Positions 54,815-64,000 of a DNA stretch of 64,000 nucleotides are shown here, piece by piece. Numbering within the stretch: position 1 is the stretch's first letter; the number at the start of each line of letters is the position of its first letter. The DNA comes from Eledone cirrhosa (lineage: Eukaryota), in NCBI GenBank assembly GCA_964016885.1, contig OZ024742.1, positions 219,914,001-219,978,000 of the forward strand. Reading direction: 5' to 3'. A program made the position numbers and the translations under genes. The notes beneath the pieces are model-generated. The model was not told the origin of the DNA, did no database searches, and worked only from the letters and a program-made list of their open reading frames with translations.

Positions 54815-55176
54815 TGGAGGTGTGGAGGAGGGGGGAAGCAGGGGAGGAAGAAGATGAGGAGGAGGATGAGGAGGAGGAGACAGGGGAGGAAGAAGGGGAG
54901 GAGGAAGAGGAAGAAGAAGAAGGGGAGGAAGAAGAGGAAGAGGAAGAGGAAGAAGAGGAGGAAAAGGGGAGGAGGAGGAAGAAGGGGAGGAGAAGGATGA
55001 AGGGGGAGGAGGAAGAAGAAGAAGAGGAAAAGGGTGAAGGGAGGATAAGGAAGGGGAGGATGAGAATGTGGAGGGGGAGGAGGTAGAAGAGGAGGAGGAA
55101 GAGAGGAGGAGGAAGTGGAAGAGGAGGAGGTAGTGGAAGAGGAGGAGGTAGTGGAGGAAGAGGAGGGGGAGGAGGT
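54815..55176. repeat. Purine-rich (GAG/GAA)n low-complexity tract
   Basis: Directly visible. Confidence 0.9.
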
Positions 55177-55777
55177 AATACTATAATCAACACCTAAACA
55201 ACTAGGCTGGTTCCATACAAAAAGAAATTGAATTTAAAAAAATAAAATAAAACGAATATGGAATCAATGACGATTATGATGTAAGCATATTAATGAGAGC
55301 ATTATCACAGTGTTCCTATTACTAATTAATATATTAATATTTAGCAGTATTCATATTTTATAAAGATATATATAGTTCTTATCTTTCATTTTATTATTAT
55401 TTTTTTGTGTTGCTTTTTAACATTTTTATGAAAGTAGAGAATTCTAGACACACATAAATCTAAGAATTCTGTTAAAATTCCTACTCCATAAACAAGTTAA
55501 TATTTCAACTAAATCATTGGTTTCAATGTGTGAGACATATTGATTTCTTGGAACAATAAAATTCCTTTGTTTAATATCTGTGAGTCCTGGCTTATAGGGA
55601 GACACAGCTGTAGTTACTACACCACAGTATATCAGACTAAAATCTCCAATGGAATAGTTGACTTGCAGTCAATTTTAGTGGAGATTAGCAAAGTGGTTAG
55701 TTGAGGTGGGTGGCATCACTCACTTTACTTGAAATTACCTTTTTTTCTTTTCATTTTGGCTATAATAAAATAATGCC

Positions 55778-55995
55778 AAAAAGAAAAAAGAAAAATAAAG
55801 AAAAAAAGGAGAAAAAAGAAAAAAAAGAAAGAAAAAAGAAAGAAAAAAAAAGAAAAAAAAAGAAAAAAGAAAGAAAAAGAAAGAAAAAAGAAAGAAAAAA
55901 GAAAGAAAAAAGAAAGAAAAAAGAAAGAAAAAAGAAAGAAAAAAGAAAGAAAAAAGAAAGAAAAAAGAAAGAAAAAAAGAAAGAAAAAAGAAAAA
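55778..55995. repeat. A-rich (AAAG/AAAAAAG)n tract
   Basis: Directly visible. Confidence 0.9.
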
Positions 55996-56070
55996 CTGTT
56001 TTTACCTTCAGTAGTCTTTAAATAGTGTTGAAGGAGGAACTAAAAAGAAATTAACAGAATCTGACACAAA

Positions 56071-56205
56071 CTAATTCAAAAACCCAGTGTTAGGATTAAT
56101 CCAAAGACCCAGTACTTAGAAATGTGTCCGGACTAATCCAAAGACCAAGTACTTGGCAATGTGTCGGTATTAATCCAAAGACCCAGTACTTGGCAATGTA
56201 TCTAT
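56071..56205. repeat. 37-bp minisatellite, about 3.5 copies
   Basis: attaatccaaagacccagtacttggcaatgtgtcc repeated contiguously. Confidence 0.85.
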
Positions 56206-57808
56206 GTTAATAATCTTCATTTTTAACATAAACAAGGCTACAAATCTTTTGGGGGAAGGGTAAAATTGTTTACATTGACCCCCTAGTTCTTTACTATATA
56301 TTTCATCAATGCCAGAAAGGTCATGTTGACCTAGAATGTAAAGGGAGATAATAAAACACTGTATAACACTGTGTATCATTGTCCACTACTCTTCTGATAT
56401 CAAATTATTCCTTGTAATAATAGGAAATATTTGATTGAACTGAACCAAACAGTATATAATTGATTTTTTTTTACCTACAAAGTTAGTGATTTACTTTGCA
56501 AAAAATATGAAACCTGAATATATTTCCCACATATTACAAGTTGACTATTACAACCAGTCTGAGTAGTACAAAGTGGTTGTAGATATCAACTACATTTTCT
56601 AACATCAAAATAATTTTTATATATATGTATGTGTATGCATGTATGTATATGTATGCACATGTGTGTATGTATATATGTGTGTGTGTTTCTGTGTGTTTTT
56701 ATATGTGATCCTCATACAATAGAATTGTTGTGTTTCACAAAACAATAAATAATAAATAAAAAAATAGTAAAATACACTCTTCTCACAAAATATAATGCCA
56801 TGTTCTGATATCAGAAATTATCATTTTTATTACAAAGAATAAAAACAGTTGTTTAGAAATTGGGTAGATTTAACAGAGTCCTGGACTAAATTCCTTACTG
56901 GATTAGCTTTTACCCAACCCCTATCTCATTTTCTTTGAATTCAAAGTCCACTTCACCATTTATCCCTCTAAAATTTTTAAAGTATGTATTGGAAGTAATT
57001 CTCCTTGCTTCTATCAATTTTTGCTACCCATGCTGATATGAAAAATAAATGTAGAATTGATGCTATATTCATCTCAGAAAATACTACCAACACCATCATT
57101 GATTTTATGTCTGCTTTTCCATGCTGGCATGCATTAAAGAAATAACTTTTTAGGTAGTACTGTACAGCTGGATGCCCTTCCTGATGTCAACACTTCCTTG
57201 TTTTTAAATAAGTTATCTATTCCACTGGTCTTTATATGTTAAACTGATGAACTGTGAGATATATTGTTTCTGCGGGACATAAACTAACAACGCCAGCTGA
57301 CAAAGCAATATCAATGTGTAAATACATGTGGAGACAAACACAAACACACATGACAGGCTTCTACATAGTTTCCATCTATCAGTCAGCGTTTGGTCAGCCT
57401 GGAGCTATAGTAGTGAAGCAACTATCTGAACCACACAGCCATTCCTGCACACTTAATTTTAAATTTTAGGTTCCTATTTCTTTCAATGGAAATCGTTTTG
57501 CCTTGTTAAAGTTCAGCACTTTTCTGTATGTGAAGAAAGGAGACTCACATGCAGCAAGTAATTGTTCTATCTTTAACCACAAACAACCTATTTGAATTGA
57601 AAATAGCTATAAATATTTCACATGTAAAAACTTAATTCAGATCTGAGCTAAAATCCCTTTCCTGCTAATTTGATATATTCACATTCTTTCACTTCTTGTA
57701 AAGAGGAAATTGGTAATTTTTCTTTGTTTTTATGTATATTCTCTAAGTTCAAAAATATATGACAAGATTAATCTATTTCGTATATATGTATTTAAAGAGT
57801 TATATTGT

Positions 57809-57858
57809 TAACCTGCAGATGCATTTCAGCTAATTTAAGTCTCTTCAGTGCGGTTTGT
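57809..57858 (-). ncRNA. Minimal hammerhead motif (older PLE pLTR)
   Basis: Minus strand: aaccgca-CTGAAGA-gacttaaattagct-GAAAT-gc-ATC|tgcaggtt; stem II is weak. Confidence 0.55.
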
Positions 57859-59026
57859 GGTTACTTTATTTACTTTCACTGCTTATCTTAGCAGATTTAT
57901 ATAACTACATGCAATTCTGATGATAAATAACATTATTTTAAATTGACCACATGATTGATATAAATACAAATATAGTTCTTTTCTGCACAGAAGAAACTTA
58001 TGTCTGCAGGTTAAGAAATCAACTAATGAAATAGACAAAAAGTAGATTAATCTTCGCATTTTTTTGTCTTCTTATAAATTTTAATACATCAAAAAGAAAG
58101 AAAAAGAAAAAAATCCTTATCTCTTCTTTTACAGGAAGTGAACAAATATGGCTAATCATAATCATCATCAATTAACATTCATTTTCCTTGATATTATCAT
58201 AATCATTTTCAAGGCAGTAGACTGGTAGAAATGAGAGATAATGGGTTAAATAACCCATCTATATCTTGAGATCAAATTTCACCCCAGTTTACTTAGTTTT
58301 ATTTTCCACCAAGAGTAATAAGATTTTGAAATCACTGCAATAAACTATACTACATGAACTGCAAATTTTGGCCTAGTTCCACCTAGTCAAAAATTCAGTC
58401 AGTTCTATCTTAACAAAAAATGACCTAGTTCCAACAGGTCAAAACTTAGAATAGTCCCATCTAGTAAAAATTGATCTGGTTAAAGCGTGGTTTAATTCCT
58501 CTTTGATAAAATCTGACACAACTTTTAACTAAAATACATAAATATTCTCAAGTGTCCTGGAAAAGTGAAGTAATTAGTCTAGAAAATTTAATTACATTTC
58601 AGAAAGAATATTTCTTTACAAGTATATCTATTTTTTATGTTGGTAGTCATCATCATCATCATCATTTAACATCCAAGAATTATCTTAGTTGCTAATATCA
58701 ATAGACATCTTTGTATTGACAATTCAAATGATTGTTGGCATGATTTCTTATTGTAAACAAAATGATACATATATACGTTAACAGCATAACACGTGCATTT
58801 ATGTGCATGCATAGGCTTAACCATAAACTCTGCAAAAATAAACAGCTACCAGGAAGGAAATCTGATTTATCCAAAGACTCCTCCTTATAAACCTTCCCTT
58901 GATAATGGATGGTTAATTTGAAACATCTTGGGACTAATAAATTGCTGAAGTTATTCTTCTTTTTATTTTATTTCCCTTCTCCCACTTTTTGCTTTTTACC
59001 TCATTTCTTTCAATTCCCTTTTGACT

Positions 59027-60060
59027 TATCATCATCATCATCATCATCATCATCATTTTACGTCCGCTTTTCCCTGCTTGCAAGGGTGGGACGGGTCTTA
59101 TTCAGCACAGCATCTCTCTACTCGTCATCTCCACTGTGAGCTTCAATGATCTGAGGTCTGTTCTCACCACCTCCGCCCATGTTTTTCGTGGTCTACCTCT
59201 ACCACGTCTTCCTTCAACTGGCATTTCCTGGCATTTCTTCACCCATCGGTCATCCTCCATGCGCATCACATGTCCATACCACCTCAGTCCCCTCTCCTGT
59301 ACACTACATTCTATCCCTCTCAGACACAGTTTCTCTCTCAACACATTTATGCTGGGTCGTTCACGCACATTTACACTGCACATCCAACGGAGCATGCTTG
59401 CCTCATTTCTCTCCAGCCATCGCATATCCTCTGCGGTTGCTGCCCATGTCTCACTACCATGCAGCATCGCGCTCCTCACACAGGCATCATACAACCGGCC
59501 TTTCGTACGCAGGGAGAAACCCTTCTTCGTCAACAGAGGAAGCAGCTCCCTAAACTTCTTCCAACCCGTCCTTATTCTAGATACTATGGCCTCGGAACAC
59601 CCTCCTCCCATGCTAATCTGATCTCCTAGGTACCGGAAGCTATCCACCACTTCTATAGCGCCCTCTCGCATTTGAAAAATGTGTCTATCAGTGCGACTTC
59701 TACTGTCTAATTTCCCTGTACATCTACTGCATACATATTTCTCCCTACCTGTTAGTTTGCCTGCTATCCCGCTACATTTCTTGTGTACCCAGGACCTGCA
59801 TTGTGTGCATTTTATAGAATTTATGCCAGTTCCTTTTCTGCATATCGAACATGGCCATTTCCCTGACGGAATCAGGGTTTTGTCCTCTTTTCTACTCATC
59901 AACACTTTTGTCTTAGCTAGATTTACTCTCAGTCCTCTTGCTTCCAACTGCTGTTTCCATAGCCGGAATTTATTCTCTAGCTCCTCTACTGATTCTGCTA
60001 TAAGAGCCAGATCGTCAGCATAGAGAAGTTCCCATGGACAGCCAGTCTTAAACTCCTTGG
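59027..60060 (-). mobile_element. RTE LINE family B, 5'-truncated
   Basis: ORF 59102-59947 is near identical to the C-terminus of 29445-32685; (GAT)n tail. Confidence 0.95.
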
Positions 60061-61159
60061 TAATTATCAGCCACTTGCATTGTATGGCTTTCTAAACATA
60101 CTCATTTTTCATAATCAGTGTATTTATTTGTTTATTAAATCTCAATTATTTGTGAGTTCAAATTCTGCCAGAGATGATTTAAGGTTCATCTCTCTTTCTC
60201 TGGGGTTGATAAAATGTGTATAAGTAAAGAACTCAGGTTGAGTAAACCTAGTAACTGCCCCCCCCCCCCCCCTGAAACCTAAAAATATACAACATAAGTA
60301 CTAGCTAGAAACTGAGGTTGAGTAAATCAACAGCACCACTAATCAAAGAAAATCCAATCCAATCCAGGGTCTTCTCACTGCTGTTGGAGGAACCACTCCC
60401 TGGATAGCCTCCACCACTTTTTGTTTGATTTTGGTCATGTCAGGTGTGTAGCAATATGCGACATGCTTGGCTAGTTGTGGGTTGGTGAAGCTATTTAATG
60501 CATAGTTGGAGTGGACGGGCATTGACTCTGAAGAGTTCATTTGCCATTTTAACAGAAAATTGTTTTTTGTGCTGTTGGGATTCCACTTAACCTCAACAGA
60601 CCAGGGTCTAATGGGAGAGCTGGTTTAGTCGCTGACCACTTAACCATGAAGCAGGTTGTACTGGGTTACATGTTACCAGTAAGAGGCCTGACCTGACCAC
60701 AATAAGCAGTCGGAGTGAGTCAATCAACTCCCACTCTCAACCCCCACCCCTAAAAAAACGTAAGTACCAGGATCAAATCAATTCATTCCCAAATCAAACA
60801 TAAGTGCCGTTAATTTTGAGACTGAGTAAATCAATTAAACCTACCCTTGCCTTCCCCCCACCTTAAACATATTTATGAAGAACTGAGATTGATTTACTCA
60901 ATTAAACCTCCCTCTCCCAGCCATTAACATAAGTACCAAGAACTCAGGTTGAGTTAATCAATTATGCCTACCCCTACCACCTCAAATATAAATGCCAGTA
61001 AGCCACTGTTATGTACTTTATTTGAAATTGTGAAAAGGAACATATGTTGTCTTAACTTCAAACAAATGATTTATTACATTTCCCTTCCATTTTCTACATT
61101 GGCATCAGAGGATGTTTTGGTTGGAATATTTGTCACCACAACTGAATACTTTTTCTATT

Positions 61160-61375
61160 ATTGGATTGACAGTAAAGGTAGAGCGTTGGACAACATGCTT
61201 CATGGCATATAGTTACGTCCCTTTATGTACTGAATTCAAATCCAGTTGAGCTTAACTTTGCCTTTCTTCCTTATGGGGTTGATAAAATAAAGTACCAGTA
61301 ACACACAGGGTTGATTTAATTGACTTTCCCCTCCTCCAACATTGCTGGTTTTGTGTTTAAATTAGAAATCAATAT
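61160..61375 (+). mobile_element. SINE family 1 (older copy)
   Basis: Degenerate head and Nin-like core. Confidence 0.75.
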
Positions 61376-61558
61376 TAACTCTTTTGATACCAAACTATCT
61401 GAAACTGCCCCGGATTTATGATACAAAACTGCTGATTTTAAAAGGTTTATCCTTATATTAAAACTTTTCATCACAATTTCATTTTTGTTAAATAATGTTC
61501 TAAATACCAGCTTACTAATGGGTTATTTTCAATAGAAATGTGGCAGCGAAAGGGTTAA
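61375..61558. mobile_element. TTAA-bounded MITE (piggyBac-like ends)
   Basis: ttaactctttt ... aaagggttaa termini; a reverse-oriented relative ends at about 24477 (tttggtatcaaaaggttaa). Confidence 0.5.
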
Positions 61559-62013
61559 CAGCTTCTTGGAGTAGAAGTAGAAGTTGGTAGAGGAAAGTTG
61601 CTTTACCTATTTGGACAGTATTATTCAGTGATGAATTAGATTGCAGGATGAGCAAGAGCAGCTCAGCATTGAGAGCAACTATGGAACAAAAAGTAAATGT
61701 CAGTACAAGAGAAGGGCAAAGTATATTGACCAATAGTATGAATTGAGTATAGTATGAGACATTGTTGTTATACTATAAACAGCAATAAATAAATAAATAA
61801 AAAACCGCATGTATTTATGATGAAACATTTGAGAGAGATCCTGAACATCACTTGAAAAGACTCCATAATCTTAGAGGAGGTGAAGCTCCCTAACATGAAA
61901 GAGATACTGGTGAAGCATAACCTCTACTGTGGAGGCCATTCTAATAAATATTGCCTGTACAGGTTATCAAATTATGTATACATATTTTGGAAACACCCTA
62001 TATATATATATAT

Positions 62014-62352
62014 TGGCTTAGTGGTTAGAGCATTGGCCTTGCAATCGAAAGGTTGTGAGTTCAATTCTCAGACCTGGTGATGTGTTGTTTCTTTGAGCAA
62101 GACACTTTATTTCACATTGCTTCAGTTTACTCAGCTGTAGAAATGAGATGATAGGGACTGGGGTCCCTATCATTCCACTGCAAAGTGGTCGTGGAGGTAC
62201 CATGGCAAAAAAGCACCCAGCACTCACTGTAAATGAGGTTGGTGTTAGGAAGAGCATCCAGCTGTAGAAATCAAGCCAGAATCAGTTCCCGTCCCACCCT
62301 TGCAAGCAGGGAAAAAGCAGACGCAAAAGGAAATGATGAAAATGATGATGAT
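62014..62352 (+). mobile_element. SINE family 2 with RTE family B tail
   Basis: Same structure as 16978-17369; inserted at (TA)n. Confidence 0.9.
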
Positions 62353-63384
62353 ATAATAAAGGAGTGAAGATAACATGGATCAGCTGTACAGTATGGTTTA
62401 TTCCAATAGTATTAACAAATATTTCATTGGTCCAGAGTGTTTAAAGCCGCTATCTGTAGTGTGTTGTAACAATCGATTTTAAGTACAGTTTACACCAAGC
62501 AAATTCTCAAAATACTATTTTGGTTAAGTTGCTACAACACTTTTATATTTACAAAAACATGAAAAATAACATGGATAATAACAAGAAGGAAAGCATAGTG
62601 AGGAGGGTGATATTAGGATAATACAATACCTCGTTAACTTAAATATATATATGAATGAATGACCATTGTTGACTATTGCTAGACAATAATAATTATCAAA
62701 ACCACTCAATCATAAAGTAGGGACCATTTAACAGCTAAAGTAAGCACAGTTATGTGCCCTTCATAGACACAACAATAAATATTTGACCTATAACCATAAA
62801 CACATAGAGGAAAATACCTTAGGTTGGCTTTCTGACAAGTTTGGAGGATAAAAATATATAAGTGATAATAAAAAGCTTAAGAGATAAATTTCATATAAAT
62901 TACTTTTAAAAATAGTAAAGTGTAATTACATTTTTAGTGCTGACTAAATATAACTTTTTATTATTTATTTATATTAACTTATAATTGAAATTAATTTATT
63001 AGTTTAAACTGAAATATATATTTAAAAATTCACATTTTTTGTTGATTAGTTGAAATTATCAATTTATCATCAATTGGCAGCAGAAAATAATATCAATTAT
63101 GATAAATCTATAAAATAGATTTATCATCAATACAGAATATTAAACTATGATTTTTCTCATCAGTAGGGAGTATTAAATAACTATCATAAAATACAAAACA
63201 TCAATTTTGCTTCAAAACAATTTTCATGTCACACAGTTGTATTGATTAGAATGTTCTTTTTTTTTCTAATCAATAGTAAATACCTGTCAATAAGAATATG
63301 TATAGAATATCAATATTATCTACCTCATACAGTAAATAATACCACACAGTATCTAACTAAAACAAAAACCAAAAAAGAAACCGG

Positions 63385-63872
63385 ACATGGACATTAGAAT
63401 TTCCAAAGTCTAGGCTGAAATGAACAAAATGGAAAGGATATGGAAGTCAGATCTACTCAGTAAAAATCAAAATATTATTCTTCAGAACATCTGTGGAGTC
63501 AGTGTTGTTGTATGGATCAGGTACATGGACCCTGACACAAGTACTTGGGAAGAAACTAGATGGTGGATACACTAAAATGCTTAGGGTTGTACAAAATATA
63601 AACTGGTGTCAATGTATTACAAATGAAAATTTATACAGAAACTTGCCTAAGATAACGACTACAATTGTTCAAAGACTTATGATTTGAAGGGCATTGCTGG
63701 AGAAGTAAGCTACTATTGTGGGAACCAACTCATGGGAGATGCAGTAGAGGAAGACCTGCTTGAACCTTCATCAATCAACTTCAGTAGGGAGTAGTTGCCA
63801 GGAGCAATGGAAAATCATGACTTGTGGAGAGACTTAGCTAGGAATGTTTGACTGTGGTTGCAATGATGATGA
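63385..63872 (+). mobile_element. Decayed RTE-like LINE 3' fragment
   Basis: ESVLLYGSGTWTLT..LDGGYTKMLR..GHCWR..LLWEP..RGRP; (TGA)n tail. Confidence 0.8.
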
Positions 63873-64000
63873 TCTATCTTTTACAAATCATACAATATCT
63901 ATCTTACCATATACAACATACAGTAAATACCTTATATGACACACAGTATCTATCTTTTACAACATCATACAGTATTTTATACAACATTCATTATATACTT

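Overview
AT-rich, repeat-dominated animal DNA. The mix of RTE LINEs, CORE/Nin-type tRNA SINEs, Penelope-like elements and long (TA)n/(CAT)n runs suggests an octopod cephalopod intron or intergenic region (inference). I found no host protein-coding exon I can support; nearly all long ORFs are retroelement-derived or microsatellite artefacts. Contents: (i) a 1-4.6 kb cluster of Penelope-like (PLE) pieces separated by (TA)n, with two different GIY-YIG endonuclease remnants, several hammerhead-ribozyme (HHR) motifs and palindromic 'inverted pLTR + tail' mini-elements, an architecture that may recur at 28.6-29.4 kb and 57.7-58.2 kb; (ii) at least two RTE LINE families, one near full length, with a PHD-like C4HC3 finger just downstream of the RT core, plus partner SINEs, and one family whose 3' UTR carries a variable-copy 139-bp array built from an RTE 5'-UTR/SINE module; (iii) decayed CR1, Dong/R4, CRE, hAT, mariner and pogo remnants; (iv) several unexplained hairpins, a decayed HDV-like ribozyme candidate and SINE-derived minisatellites. 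All folds and alignments were done by eye, and element boundaries are approximate.
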